From the NCBI GenBank assembly GCA_015680685.1, contig MNCI01002928.1, forward strand, positions 147,857-211,856: a DNA stretch of 64,000 nt, in the 5' to 3' direction. The DNA comes from Gnetum montanum. Taxonomy: Eukaryota; Plantae; Gnetophyta. The position numbers were made by a program, and so were the translations under genes. This document shows positions 26,640-41,693 of the stretch, in pieces (the stretch's first letter is position 1; each line of letters begins with the position of its first letter). The notes beneath the pieces were generated by a model. The model searched no databases and was not told the DNA's origin. It saw only the letters and a program-made list of their open reading frames with translations.

Positions 26640-29170
26640 CCCTTGTTCGAATCTAGGGTATTTCCTAAATTATTATCACAAAAGAAGATGATTTGAACTA
26701 GCTATGAAACTTGAAATGAAGAAGTTATTACAAGCCAAAATCATATATCTAGTCTAATATTCAACATGGCTTGCTAATCTAGTACCAGTAAGAAAGAAGA
26801 ATGGCAATATTAGACTTTGTGCAGATTTCAAAAATTTGAATGAAGCCTCAAAGAAAGATAAATATCCACTTCCTAAAATTGATGAGATGTTTATTAAAGT
26901 ATCAAGTTATCAAGTATATTCTATCTTAGATGGATTTTTAGGCTATAATCAGATCATCATAGATGAAGGTAATAGATATAAAACAACATTGATCACCAAG
27001 TTGGGAACTTTCTCTTACCAAAAAATGTCATTTGGATTGTCAAACATTGGAGCTACTTTTCAAAGAGCAATGGATTTAGCCATTAAAGGTTTAATAGGTG
27101 AGTTTGTTGTAGTTTCTTTGGATGATATCACTATCTTTTCAATAAAGAAGGAAGATCATATTGGTCTTCTTGAATAAATTTTTAACAAATCTCATGAGTA
27201 TGGTATTTCATTAAATCCAAAAAAAAAAATGTACCATTGGGGTTAAGTTTGGAAGTTTACTAGGCCATGTAATTTGTCAAAGAATTTCTATAGATAACTC
27301 TTGAATTCAAGTTGCACCGAATATTGAGCATCCTACAAGTAAAAAGTCTCTTAGATCTTTCTTTGGAAAGATAAATTTCATTATGACATTTATCCCTGGA
27401 TTCACCGAAATCACTAAACCTTTGATGCATATGCTAAAGAAAGATGTCTTAGAAAAGAAAACATTAGAATCAGAGAGAGCATTAGTAGAAATTAAGCAAG
27501 CTATTCAAGAAGCTCCATACTTGGAAAAGCCAAAATTAAAAGATGAATTTTGATTATATGCTTTTACTTCAAATAATTCAATTGCTATTGTTTGAACTCA
27601 AAAAGATAAAGGTCAAGATGAACTGGTTGGATTTTTTGGGTATTAGTTGAAAGGTTTAGAGCTAACTTATTCAAACTTAGAGAAACAAGCATTTGCAATT
27701 ACTAAGGCACTTCAGCATTTCAAATATTACTTGGAAAGCTCGTTAGTTCATATTATGTTAATAAATCCTGTAGTCAAACAATTCTTAGCCCAAAATGAAA
27801 TTGGATTGAAAAGAGGGAAGTGGTTCATAAAGCTTCAAAATTTCAAATTTTCATTGGAAATATGCAAAAGTATTAAAGGAATGGGATTAGCTAGGTTAAT
27901 GGCTAGAGAAGATGAAGCATGTGCACTTAAGAATTATGAAGGAAATTATGACAAAATTCTAGAATTCCGTGATACAAATAAGGTTCTGAATAACCTAATT
28001 GCTAGTTAGAAGAGAGATTTCTTCAAAAAGGTAAATAAATTTGTAGTTAAAGATGGAATCTTATACAAAAAGGATTATAGAGAGGTTTTGTTGGAATGTG
28101 TTCATAATGATCAAATTGATCCTATCTTAGAACAATTCCATGATCATTCTAATTTTTTTTATGAATCTTCTAAGTCTACTATGCAAAATATACTTCATTA
28201 TGGTTTTTATTGGCCTACTATGTACCAAGATATTAGATCGAAAATTTAAAGATGTTACAAATGTCAAATTCATGGGCTGAAAATCAAAATGGCTAGAGCT
28301 CCTTTAAAATCAGTAATTGTAGATAAACCTTTTCAACAATGGGGCTTAGATTTTATTCATACAATTACTCCTTTGAAAGTAGAACATAAGTTTATTCTCA
28401 CAACTACCAATTACTTTACCAAATGGTCTAAAGCAAAGGCTCTAAGAAAAAGTTCAACATTAGACGTGATTAAATTCTTGAAAGGTTAGATTCTAAGTCA
28501 TTTTACTCTACCTGAAGTATTGGTATCTGACAATGAATCTACTTTTCAATTTGAAGAATTTATAACATGGGCATTAGAAAAGTTCATCTTTCTATTTTCT
28601 TCTTCAAATTATTATTCTTAAGGAAATGGCTTAGTTAAATCTACAAAGCTTATTTTCTACATTAAGAAGTCAATGGATAGAAATCCAAAAAATTGGATTG
28701 ATTACTTGCAATCTACATTATGAACTGGCCATATCAGATTTAAGAAGGCTACTAGAACATCATCTTTTGACTTAGTCTATGGTTTACCTTCTATATTTAA
28801 AAACAATATTATAAGTTCAACCTCAAATTTTGTGTAAAAGTATAGTGAGAAAACTGATCAACATAGAAATTTCATGACCTTACTCATCAAAAGGGAAGCC
28901 GAAATGGATAGAGCTAGAGATAATTTACTAAAGAATGCTTCTCAAGTTAAAAGGTGGTATGATAGAAAGGCTTTAAAAAGAACTTTTAAAGTTGGTGTCT
29001 TGGTATTATTATGGAACATGAAGAAGCCAAATAAGTTTTTGGCAATATGAACTGGTCCATTTCAAATCAAGGAACAATTATCAGAGGATACTTACAAGTT
29101 ATCAATGCTTGATGGGGTAGAATTTCAATTTTCATATAATTTTTTACATATAAAACATTATTTTGAACAA
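26640..29170 (+). pseudogene. Degenerate non-chromovirus Ty3/gypsy pol (RT-RH-INT, no aRH between RH and INT)
   Basis: STWLANLVPVRKKNGNIRLCADFKNLNEAS, LDGFLGYNQI, SLDDITI (RT); YSNLEKQAFAI (RH); PFQQWGLDFI, YFTKWSKA, GPFQI (integrase). Confidence 0.9.
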
Positions 29171-32100
29171 CTATCCAAAGCTTAAATCTATAGTTATAAA
29201 TTAATATTTGTATATATAGTAATATGTGTGTGTGTATGTGTGTGTGTGTGAATGTAACGATATAACATTTAATATACATAGTGGTAAATAATAAACTATA
29301 TATAGAATTTAATAGTATAGACCTATGTCATAATTAACCTTAACATATATATCCTATACGTATGCTTACATAAGTTTATATAATATTGAAAAAAAACATG
29401 TATATGTTAAAATATTAGTTTAAAAATAGTTAATTTAAAGTATTACTTCAATTATTAAATTTACATTATCCTAAGTAATCATTACATGTGATGAGTGTAA
29501 GTCGGAGTCATGGTTAGATAACTACTTAGTGGTGAATTAATTTTGATAACCAAGTGGTGGAATTCAAAGTGGCCTATTGTATAATGATGGAAAGATAATG
29601 AATTTTGGTAAAGTGGCAAAATTGGTTAGTGAAATTGGTGGGAATTTCAAACTTTCTTTACACTATAAAGAGAGATGCAAATTACTTAGAATTATGTCAT
29701 TTCTCAATTAAGGCTTAAGTGGAGAAAGCAAGTGAGGTGTTTGAGTGTGAAGTAGAAGATGGTTCTTTGGGAAAGAGCAATAAGAAGGCCATTTATCCCA
29801 TGTGCCATGGGATGTTTTCCAAAGCATGTATTGAGAGCCTATTGTAAGGCAACACCCATGGAGCATCAAGTGAAAGCCCTTTCTTACTTTGGCTTTTAGA
29901 TGAGTTTAGATTTGTCATTGGGGGACTTTCCATGCATTCCAATGTTTGGGATAGCTTCCATGAATGTAATACTCAAGATCAAAGAGAGTCTAGTAGAGAT
30001 GATTCCTAGGGAGAGGCTTTTATGTCTCAAGACACAGAAGCATCTAATTAGAAAGAGTTTCAAAAATCAATAGCTAAAGAGATGGATGCAAAAGAGAATA
30101 AATTAGTTGTGGAAAGCAAAAGTGAAGATCAAGATGATGCTTCCACTATGCAAGAGAAGGAAAGAAAGTCATTCATTAGAACTAAAATTACATATGAAAG
30201 GACTATTTTCTTCCCATCTATAAATTAGTTTGTATCAAGCTTTGTTTGTACAGTTTGTTAAGTTTCATTAGGAATGAGGTTTTTATTTTGTCAAACCTTA
30301 AGTTTGATGAAATTTTTCCTCAAAAAAAGATTTATGTTTTTATGTAAAAAAGAACATTTTTAATAAAGTATAAGTTGCTTAGTTGATGTACTCAAGGGAG
30401 GTAAGAAACGTTGTCACATTTCTACCATATTTATGGAGCAAATCTTTTAAAGTAAGATCCAAGAAATGAAATTTCTTAATTAGCTTTTCAAAGATGATTA
30501 GAAAATGAGAGTTATTATTAAAGGAGGTAATTTCATGAGCAACTTAATGGAGAAATGTGTTCTTTATGTAAATGCTCAATTTAAGTTCATAAGCTTAGAA
30601 AAGTGTTCTCAGCATATGTTATGAAGAAATTGTGATATTTCTATACACATTGGAGGAGATGAAATCTGGAAATTAATTTGAAAATTGCAAAAGGAATTAT
30701 TTCCATTTTTATTTTCATTGGTTCCTACCTTTTGTAAGTCCAACAGTTTATCAGTTAAGTGCAATAATAAATTGGATGTTTCAGAAGAATAATGTAATGA
30801 AGTGCATCCATTTTCTCTATACATATGCAAAGAACTCTATGAAAAATCGATGAATAACTTCATCACATGGAAATTATTTTCTATGTTATACATTTTAATT
30901 TGTAGTGGTTTTCAACTGATGGCAAAAAATTAAGTTGTAGAGCCAAGAATCTTAAATTAAGCAAAGGGAAAATACCCTATCCAAGTGTAACAACATTTGG
31001 TTAAACATTAGAAGAGCAAGAGTGTAATTTTGAAGCAAAATTAATAAAATCCTTGCTAAACAGTGTTTAATAAACCTTCAACAAAATTTCTCAGAAATTC
31101 ATTGATATTTCAAACAAGAACCCATACCACAAAAGGAAATTATAGTAATACGTAGTACAATCATAACCAAACTATAAAACAAACCAAGCAACTATGGAAA
31201 GGAGTGGATGGATACAAGTCAATGTTCTAGAAAAATAATCAAAACTATGGGCATCAACAATTTAATGTTTTAAACAAAAGCCCTAAAGCAGTGACTACTG
31301 AATACTAAAAATTTGTAGGTCTAAGAGCCCTAAATGGAGTGTATCTATCATAATAGCACCCAAGTTTGAAAGGTAGCTCCTCTCCTACTACGCACGCAAG
31401 AGTTCCATTGTACATGGGATTATGTAGCTATAGGGCATGGATGCCACAAATCAAAATAGGCCATTGATGCCACGAAACCAGAGTAGGCTTCAATCCATGA
31501 CTTCTTCTCCATGATGGAGGTAGCAATTACTAAGCAGCACCAAGTGCTGATGAGTGCAAGAACCAAAGGTAACACCAATGGATGTACCATCCTAAGTCAT
31601 AATAGCAGAATTCAAAAACAAGGAACGTAAGACATACTAGGAATGCATGCAATGGAGGCAATCCAATAATGGACATGGAGGCCATAGAGATAAGAGTTAA
31701 TACAAGGTGCGTCAAAACTCAACCACATTTGTTCAATTCATATGACCCTCACAACAATTTAATTCAAAAATGAAATGAATTATTATAAACAAAGAAACAA
31801 GGTTTATATAGATTACAACCTTTTTTCAAAAAGGAGGAGCTTTACGATTCCAAAATGGGAGAATTTATAATCATAAAACTTTACTTTTTGGAATTTAAAA
31901 TTTCCAATTGAAGTTATGATCTCCAATGAAGATTATAAATAGACCTCCTTGATATTTGTAGGGTTATAATTGATAAGAAGACACTTTTCAAATGTGGCTT
32001 TAAAGTCTTATAACTTCCATGGAAGTTATAACTCCTAAGGAAGTTATAAATTTATAATCCTAAGATATTTGTAACACCCATAACTCCTCATGATTAATGT

Positions 32101-34924
32101 AACTACCTAAAGCCACTATAAAAAGGATCTAAGGTAGAATGAAAAGGGGAGAAGAGGAAGATACTTAGAAAGACATTTGAAGAATTCTTATAATATGTCT
32201 TGCTAAAGACATTAATTCAACTACTTTGTTTTATAAGTTCATTTACTCCCATTTTGTTTTAGTTTCTTAGCTAATGGTTTAAATAGCATCATGCTTGGCA
32301 TTTAATTTTGGGATTTATCCTATGTTTCTTTTATAGCTCTATTTTTTCACAATATTATACTCCTATTAAGATTTTCCATAGAAGAGCCTATGTTGTTGAA
32401 AAGCCTCAAGAGCAATTTAATAGTAATGTCTTAACAAAATTTCTTATTTTGAGCATAGAGAATCTAGAAAAATCTTTGATACTTTGATGGGACTAAAAAA
32501 ATTTCTTTATTTTTCAAGTTTATTACCTTCGTATTTCAATCAAGAAATTTTCAAATTTTTGAATGTTGTGTTGAATGTAATCTTTGACGACTATTAACTA
32601 GCCAAAATAGAGATTCATTCTTTGTAGTTTACGCAGTGATTTTTGGTAGCATAACAAGATTGTCTTTATGAAATTTCTTGTTGAGCTTAGAAAGTTTGGA
32701 TAATTCGTAGTTATTGAATTCAGAATAGCTTTATTGTGAAGTGTTTACTCACATCAATTTATCTTACTTAAATATTTGAGTTTTCACACAAATATGCTTT
32801 CTTTTCTTTCTCTTTCTAAGTCCATTGAATCTCACTCTATTTCTATTTTTCTTGTTGAACTTTCTCTCTTGGGGGAAATTAGGAGTATATTAGTAGAATT
32901 GTGCTCAAATGTCTTTGTAAAATTTTATTTTTTTCAAGTAGGTATTGTAGGGACCATATAGACTAAGTGATTGAAGAAAATATGAATCTCCAACAATTCA
33001 CAGTATTTGACAAAGCTAGTTGAATCTCTTTTATGATAGCTGATTACAATTTTATACATAACCCAATTATTTTAATATTCACAATAGTAAACACATATTC
33101 ACATTTAGTACATTTTATAACTACTGAGTCTATTTTGATGTATCTAGGCCTTGGTGTTACTAGAGACTAGCAAGCACCTAAACCTTATTTAGAGAAGCTC
33201 GTTGGCAGTTTGGTCCCAAATGGTTGCCAATAGAAAGTAGTTGCAAAGATAAAGAACAAGTGTTAACAAGAGGTCAAAGAAATTAAGAATAAATATTCTT
33301 AGCTTAATAAAGAGGTAAAAGATCTTCGTACCACCATTTAGGACCTTATTAATGAGCATTAACCATTGCAAACAAATATTTAAAAAGCTAAGAAACACAT
33401 GCATGTAGCAAGTCAATCTACTAAAGCATATAGATTAAAGTTAAGTTTTAAACAAAGTAAAGTTGCTACATATCAAGAAGATCTTATACTATTATGAAAA
33501 TAAATAAATCTACTAATGTCTACTATGCAACAAAAACAACTAGAAGTTCTACCACTACCTACATCAAAAGCATTAATTGATATTGTTATTACCAATGTTA
33601 TTCAACATATTAGTAAACACACATCTTCCCCTACTATTGTACTAAATAAAGTCCAAGCCCAAGCCCCTAAATCATCTCCTACATCATCATCCTCTTTTAT
33701 TGTTGAAATGAAGTCTACCTTATCTATTTCTTATATTAATACTTCAATGTACTATTATCTTGATGATGAATAAAGTTCTAGTTCTTGTGTTCTTAATAGT
33801 TCATTTACCATTTGACTTTTTTCACAAACTCATGAGTGAAGGAAAGTAAGTCTATCAATTCTCATGAATATATTATTCTTTATGACTAGCCATGATAAAG
33901 TTTTAGGTACTCATAAATGTTCATGTTCACTCATCAACTTCACAACAAACAATAAACAACATTACAAAACTAATCATTACAATAAAGAAAATTATTAGAA
34001 TATACTTTTAAATCAATGTATAATCATTATTTTTGTAATCCATTAAGACCATTTATAATCTCTTAATTAATTCATAATAAAAATGTATGATTCATAACTC
34101 AAGAATAGTCGCAACCTTTCTATGAAATATTAACAACCAACATTCAAGTTACAAATGTGTGAAAAATATGGAAGTGGAAAGTGTGTGTATGAAGAACTAA
34201 TAAAGAATGAATGGATCAATAAAGATAAGAGCACCAAGAAACAATACACACCATGATGTATCAAGAAGAAAAAGAAACTAGTAAGTTAGAGATATAAAGA
34301 AAACATTATGAAATACAAAGTTCATAACAAGAATTCAGCCACCACAACCAAGAGGTTAAAGAAGTATGGTAGGAGACAAAAGCAATCATTTTAGCACAAA
34401 ATCTAGTTTCCTAAAAGGAAAGAGAAGGTTCAAGTTATGCCATATGTAGCCTTATCCAATTTCTTAAATAAGAAAAGAAGACCATCCAAAAAGTTACAAT
34501 GGTTAAGAAAACAACATACTTATGAATAATTATTTTGTAAAGTCCAAAGAATTAAGATAGTCATAAATAAAGATGAGATAGCCAAGATTCCTAGTGAACT
34601 ATGCAAAGTACAAGTAAGCCCAAAGGAGACTACAAAGAATTCCAAGTAAGTGATTAATAAGAATAATACATATCATTAAGGGTTACAAATTTTGTAACAT
34701 GATATATAACATGTTAAGTTTTCGTATGGACTTAGATCCTTGCATAATTATAATTATCCAAGTGACACAAAACCAAATTCTAACAAAAAGATTTCTATAA
34801 GATATTATGAGATTACATTAGGTTCCAAATATGATTATGTTAAACAGAGATCTTATGTTTACTTCTAGATTTTACCAATCTTTTCTAAAGAGCCTAAGCT
34901 CTATGCTGAATCTCAAATCAATGT

Positions 34925-35105
34925 ATCACCCTTAGATAGATGGTTAAATAGAGAGAATAAATTATATGTTAGAAGATATGCTTCAAGCTTGTACTTTGAA
35001 CTATATAAATAGTTGGGATAGAGTTCTTCCATTTATAGAGTTTGCATACAAAAATAGTTATTAGATCATCTTGAAAGAAATACCTTATGAAGTGTTGTAT
35101 GTTAT
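34925..35105 (+). mobile_element. Tekay-like integrase core fragment
   Basis: HP*IDG*IERINYMLEDMLQACTLNYINSWDRVLPFIEFAYKNSY...PYEVLY resembles the HPQTDGQSER...LEDMLRAC...EFAYNNSY motif. Confidence 0.8.
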
Positions 35106-35129
35106 AACATCCTCTATGTTCTTGATCTA

Positions 35130-35990
35130 GGAGAAGGCTTGACTTAGTGACTGCAGATCAAGATAATATAGTTTCAACTTGATAAAATCATTAATCACCT
35201 CCTTGAAAATAGCTAAGAGATGTGTCTCAGCTATTGGCTCTAGTATCTTGTTGAATAAACCATTCCATCATTGGATGAACTTTTGCACTAGTTCAAGAGG
35301 TCCTTGCTTGATCTTCATCAGCTAGCCAAGGATGGTATTAGGCTTCAAGTTGTGTTTGAAGTGGTTAATAAATTATGTAATCAAGTTTTCTAAAGAAGAT
35401 ATGGATCCTTTCAGTAGAACACGGTACCAATCAAGGGCCTTCCCTATAAGGGACATAGTGAATATTCTCATTATTATGTAAGGCCAAGCTTGTAACAATA
35501 AGCACTCAGAGTGGAAGGTTACAAGATGAGAGTTTGGATCAACTTCACTATTGTACTTTGTAAATTATGGTGTGGAGACACTAGGGGAAAGAGTTAGAGG
35601 TGGGACTAGTGGGATCATCTTGATAGAAGTCCATGATCTTAATGGCCTAGGAAGTAGAGGATTTAATCCTCTTTAGCTCTTTAGTTAGGTTCTAAATCAT
35701 TTGGAAGGCTTGATCTAGGCCCTAGGGTGCCCCCATTGGTTGTGGCATTTGCATGAAGTGCTACAATGTTTGCTGGAAGGCCTGTAGCCTCGCTATCTTA
35801 GATAAGCTACGACCTTGATCCTTTCTTTCTTTGTCTTGATCCTTCTTGGCTTTACCCTTCTCATTATTCTTCTTTGTCTTCTTATCATGGTTGTCATCTT
35901 TATCTTTAGATTTTGACTTGGATCCCTTTTCTCATTTAAATTCCTTGTTCCTTTGCTTGGATGTTTGTTTGCTTCTTCTTTCAAATCTAC
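35130..35990 (-). mobile_element. Tat-like gag remnant
   Basis: Minus strand YNSEVDPNSHLVTF...IFTMSLIGKALDWYRVL...SISSLENLIT*FINHF...MKIKQGPLE is a Retrotrans_gag-like pattern. Confidence 0.7.
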
Positions 35991-35999
35991 TTAGTTTCT

Positions 36000-37790
36000 T
36001 TTCTACCCTAAGTACCAAATCATAAGCATCATTAAGATTTTCTAGCTTATAAAATGAAAACTCCTACTAAAATGTCATTTTGAGACATCCTAGAAAGATT
36101 GAGTCATATTCATACTCCTCCAAATCACTTTAGCTTAATGGAATAGATCACAAAATCTCATTTAAAACTCTTTGATATCCTTGTCACCTTGCCTTAGAAA
36201 TTTCAACTTCAATGTCATCTCTTATCTTTGTCAAGACTATTCAATTTGCAATCTATATTTCATTAGATTCTAATCTCTGATAGGATATCCATTTTATCCT
36301 TCATAATCCTATGACTCGTTTTCCTACTAAGTATAAGTTATTTCTTCTAATCTAGATTCAACAATTGGCACCCTTAAGTGATTTGGTACCTCTTCCAACT
36401 CAAAGTACTTATCAGATGTCTTCATTCAACTTGAAAAAACATTGGTGCTATCTACATCATTGAAAGTCTTTAACTCAACATACGAAAGTATTGTAACATT
36501 TTTTAATGCTCTAGAAAATTTTTCTTTATCTTCCTCATCAACCTTACCATGAAAAGAAGTAATGGCCACTAATGGAGCTCTTGGAATTTTAAAATGAGAA
36601 ACTAGATTTCCTTCCATTATAATCCTAGGTTAATGGATTTCATTACTCCCATAACTAGATTGTCCTTCCTCATCATTCTATCCAGTTGGATACGAAACTT
36701 CTTCACCATTCAAGCATGAATTCTCATCATCTCTACATGTCTAGATATGGCTAGCACCTACATTCCTATCCACCTTTGCACTGATTTCATTCAATTGAGC
36801 AACTATCAGTTAGAAGGTAGACTTCATGCTCTCCATGTCTTTATTCAAGGCTTTTGCCTATTTCTTCTTAACCATCATCTAAATTTGACAAAATTTATAA
36901 CCAAAATTCCCAAGCAATAGCCTAAGCTCTAATACCAATAACTATTGGAGCAAGTTCACTCTAATAGGAAATAATCTTTAATCCTAGTAAATCGAGATAT
37001 TATGAAAGATAGATTAGTATGATAAAAATAAGAAAATTAGATATCTTTAATTATTAAAAAGAAGATTACAACAAGGCTTCATAAGCCATAAAACATCCAA
37101 AACACTCACAAATACTTAAACAATGTTACATAGCATAAGGCTTTAAAACCATATAATGGTTGTTCTCATTGCAAGATACAACCAATGGAGAATCTCTCTC
37201 ATAACTTAGGACTAATATCTTAACATATAAGTAAGACACATGAGACATACAGGTTAATCCACATACATAATTAACCTTTAGATGTAATCCAATATGCACT
37301 TATACAATGCTCTCGTGATAATGCTTGCACAAGCTCATCAACTCTGATCATGAGCTTTCATCTCTTATCATGACATATCATGAAGAAACAACATTAATAT
37401 TTATTAATAAAGAGAAGATAAAAAATCTAGAAACCTTTCCCTAACTCAACTTGAGTATCTTTAGATGTTTCCATCTTTTTTCATCTTCTCTCAATTGTTT
37501 TCCAATTTGTAATTATAATTTTAGAAGTTTTCTCACTTATTTTGGTTATCGCTAGTCTTTCTGGGTCATCTCACTATCATCCCTAACTGGAAAGTGGGAT
37601 GTCCCACTTTGGTGTGTGATGGCTCAGCTAAGATATTTTCCAACCTCTAGGATGTCTCATTTGAGGATTATGACATCTCAACTCAATTTGAGACTTTTGT
37701 CTGAGACTTCAGTAACACAATTGAGACATCTCTTGCAAGGTATTTGCACTTAGCCTAGGCATCTCTTTGATCTTTACGATGTCTATCCAA
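36000..37790 (-). mobile_element. Old LTR element 5' end: LTR (~36946-37790), tRNA-iMet PBS (~36926-36937) and gag remnant
   Basis: GCTCTAATACCA (reverse complement TGGTATTAGAGC). The LTR carries GGATGTCTCA/GAGACATCTC motifs like the CRM-like LTRs at 50.5 and 54.4 kb. Boundaries approximate. Confidence 0.55.
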
Positions 37791-38705
37791 CCTTTCGAAA
37801 CCTACAAAAACCACCTATAAGACAAAGGAAATGGGATCAAAAAATATGTCCCTATAGAAACCCTAAAACTAATGTGCAAGCTATATAAAAAGTAATAGGT
37901 CATACAAGGTCTAAGGTTTGAATTCAACCATAGATATCTACAGGGTAAAATTCTTTACTATCATTCTAAAGAAAATAAAATATTCTAAGCATCAAAAATA
38001 ATATAAAAGCATGACCCAACATTCTAAACATAGAATAGTCAACTCATATTACATGTTTGATGTAGAACCCATGTGTCAATAACCCATCTAGTACCTAATA
38101 CTTGATTACTCAAGATGTCAACAAAGGTTAGTACACATATGCTTAAAATAGAATAATTAAAATATTTAAAAAAGTATAAAATTATTCATAGGTTATATAG
38201 CTCAAACATGTAATACAATCCAATTATAATAAAAACATCAACCAAACACATGGTACAAAGGTAAAAAGCATAGACTTATTAGGCAACACATTAAAGGCTC
38301 AAGGCATAAGACATAGTAACTAAGAGAGATAGATTATTGAACCAAGGTGTTACCAAGCTATATATGAAAAATAGTCACTTGAAATCATAGAAAAGCTTCA
38401 TATATAAAAAATCTTCCTTGAATAAATTAATAAGTTATCAATAAAAATAACATGCACTTTGATAATACTTAGAGCCAAATATAGTTAAACAATATTAGTA
38501 TAACTTATATAGGAAAGTACTTCTAAATAATTATAGCTTATGTAACAAAAGAATTATGTAAATATTCAGTATAAATTATAATAACAAACTTTATCAATGT
38601 CAATCCTAAGATTAGATATGAAAGGAGGAGGGTTAGCATGAAGTTATTAGCTAATTATAAAATCTTGTCAAATCTCATATATAAGTTCTTTTTAAAAAAT
38701 TTTCA

Positions 38706-41693
38706 GATGCTAGGTCCTTTCCTAGATGTGATGCAAAGTAGTCATAGGGCCTAATTACTATGGAAAATGATTAAGGACTTGCTAGGACATCCTTTAAAAA
38801 TAATGCACAACATTATTATCTAGATGTTATAAAAAGTAAACAAGGATTTTTCTAGTAGAAATGGGTGAAGGTAAAGAAGCATGCCCAGCAACAAAAATTT
38901 TAAATAAAAAACTAGAATATTGATACTCTAAATAAAAAGACCTTTGAAATTACCAACACCATGAAAAGAAAAATAATAAGCATTGCCTACCTCCAAGAAA
39001 TAAGATGGAGATGGGAGAAAGCTAAAGATTTAGGCTAGGGTTACAAACTCTTCTACTTAGGAAAAGAAAATCCCCAAAATGCAGTAGGGATCATCATTGA
39101 TCAAAATGTTAAAGATACAATGATATAAGTATATCATCATAGCGATTGAATTATGGCCACAAACTTGTTCTTGGAAATGAAATAAACAACATCATTAGTG
39201 CATATTCTTCATAAATTAACATATAAAATTCCATCAAACATGATTTTTTGGGATTCTATGAATCATGTTCTTCAATATATTTCCTGGCATGAAAGCATAT
39301 TCATTATAGGGGATTTTAATGATCATGTTAGATCTACAAAAATGGGATATGACAAGATTCCTGGACATGAATTTAGAGAGTGCAATGATATGGGAGATTC
39401 ATTACTATAATTTGTGAGTGCCTATAAGCTTGCAATTGCAAGTACTTATTTCAAGAGGATAATACAATATTTAATTACATATAAGAGTGGTATGGATAAA
39501 ACATAAATTAATTATTTTTTATTATGCAAAAGAAACTCCAATGTCATACCTGGAATATACATCAACTAATGCTCATTGACATAGTTATACAAAGCTTCAA
39601 AGATAGCACAAGTAAAGTAACTAAATGCATAAAATGTAAGAATTTGAAGATGACACCACCTTATTCAAAGAAAAATTTCTTCACAAAGGCACTTGGAAAT
39701 AAGATTGCTCTAGAAAATTAATTTAGGATCAAATGGAAAGTTGAATTTAGAAAATTGGAAAGAATATTTTAGATGAAATAAAAGGTAAAAAATACATCCC
39801 AAAGAAGACATAGTGGTAGATTTATGAAGTTCAACATGATATGCAAAATATGAAAAAATGCTTTAAGAAATGACAACAAAGCGTTAGCTAAGAAAATAGG
39901 CTAATATACAAAATGACAAAGAAGAAGGTAATCATAGTAGTAGTCAAAGCCAAACATAAAACCTTAGATAGCTTTTATAAAAATTTAGGAATAAAGGAAG
40001 GAGAAAAGTATATTTATAAATAAGAAAAAATTAAATATAAGAAATGTAAGGACATTGATCATTTCAAATGCTTCAAGAAAGCAGATAAAAGAATTTTTGT
40101 AAAAGATAATGAAAATTTTTGATAGATGGGAAAGTTATTTTCAAAAATTATTATATGAAGAATTTCTAAGAGAAGACACCTAAGAAGAAGAACCAAATTT
40201 TAGTTTAGTTAATACAATTTCCTTCTGTAAGATGAAGACAACATTATTAAAGATGAAAAATAAAAAAGTTGTTGGACCAAATAACATTCCTATAGAAGCT
40301 TGAAAAGCACTAGGAGATACAAAGCTTTCTTAGCTGACAAAACTATTTAACAAAATTTTCAAAGATGAAGAAATTTCTAACAATTAGAAAAAAAGCATTG
40401 TTGTTCCCATCTACAAAATTAAAGGATATGTACAAAATTATGCAAACTATAGAGGGATCAAGATAATGTGACATACTATCAAGCTTTGAAAAAAAAGTCA
40501 TAGAGTAGTGTCTCAAACTTGAATCAACAATATTAGAAAATTAATTAGGATTTATGCCAAAGATATATACTATAAATGTTATTTTCTTGATACAATAATT
40601 GATAGAGAAATTTAGAAAACATAGAAAAAAATCTACATATGATCTTCATTGACTTAGAAAAGACATATGATAGAGTACCTAGAGATATTATTTGGTGGGC
40701 CTTATATAGGAAAAACATCCTTGATAAATATATTAAAGTAATTCAACATATGTATAAAGGTGCTACTATAATTCAAATAGCTTATGGAATAATATTTAAT
40801 TTTCTATCACAATAGGTCTACATTAAGGATTTGTACTTAGCTCATAATATTTTGCCATTATTATGGATGAATTAACAAATGATATACAAGATGAAATATC
40901 TTGGTGTATGTTATTTATAGATGATATTGTATTAATGTATACAACTTGAGAAAATATTGCTTCTAAAATAGAGAAGTAGAGGCTACTCTAGAATAAAAAG
41001 GCTTAAAAATTAGCAAAAGTAAGAAAGAATATATGGAATTACATTGTAATAACATGATACATAGTAATGAAATAAAAGTGACAATTCACTGCAAATAGTT
41101 CTGCTACTTAAGATCAATCCTCCAATCAAATGGTAAAATTGATAAATATATAAGAAATAGAATTGAGACAAGATGGTCAAAATGGAGACATGCTACTGAT
41201 GTTCTATTTTATAACAGAATACCAATAAAAATGAAGAAGAAACTTTACAAGATATTAATTAGGCCCACTATTTTATATGGTGCTAAATGTTGGGCAATAC
41301 ATAAGAGGCATGAACAACAAATCAATGTGGTAGAAATGCAAATGCTTTGATGGATGTTAAAAAATACCAAAAGAGATAAATTATGTAATATAGATATTAG
41401 AGAAATATTTGGAGTGGCTCTATTTCAAATAAGCTACAAGAATGACAACTTAGATCATTTGAACATGTGCGAAGAAGATCAGACAATGAGCCTTTAAATA
41501 AAGATTGCTACATAATTATTCCAAGAAAGTCACTGAAAGGAAGACCAAAGAAGATGGGAAAAAAATTGAATATGATTTGAAAAAACTACAAATAAACAAA
41601 GATCTAGCTGTTCATAGATGTGAATGAAAAAAAAAAGAACTCATGTAGTTGAGCCCATTTTGTTTGGATAAAACTAGGATAATGATGATAATG
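38706..41693 (+). mobile_element. Near full-length, degenerate RTE-clade LINE (APE endonuclease + RT in one ORF)
   Basis: APE: IAYLQEIRW...GYKLFYLGK...NAVGIIID, IIGDFNDHV. RT: NYRGIKI, GFMP, LHMIFIDLEKTYDRVPR, WCMLFIDDIVL, IRPTILYGAKCW. 3' end CATGTAG...CCC...GGATAA followed by a (GAT)n-like tail at 41678-41693. 5' boundary approximate. Confidence 0.92.

Noticed and set aside
29170-34900. LTR-like and ORF-like remnants (TATA boxes at ~29664 and ~32117, acidic and Ser/Thr-rich stretches)
   Set aside because: Too decayed to assign boundaries or family by eye.
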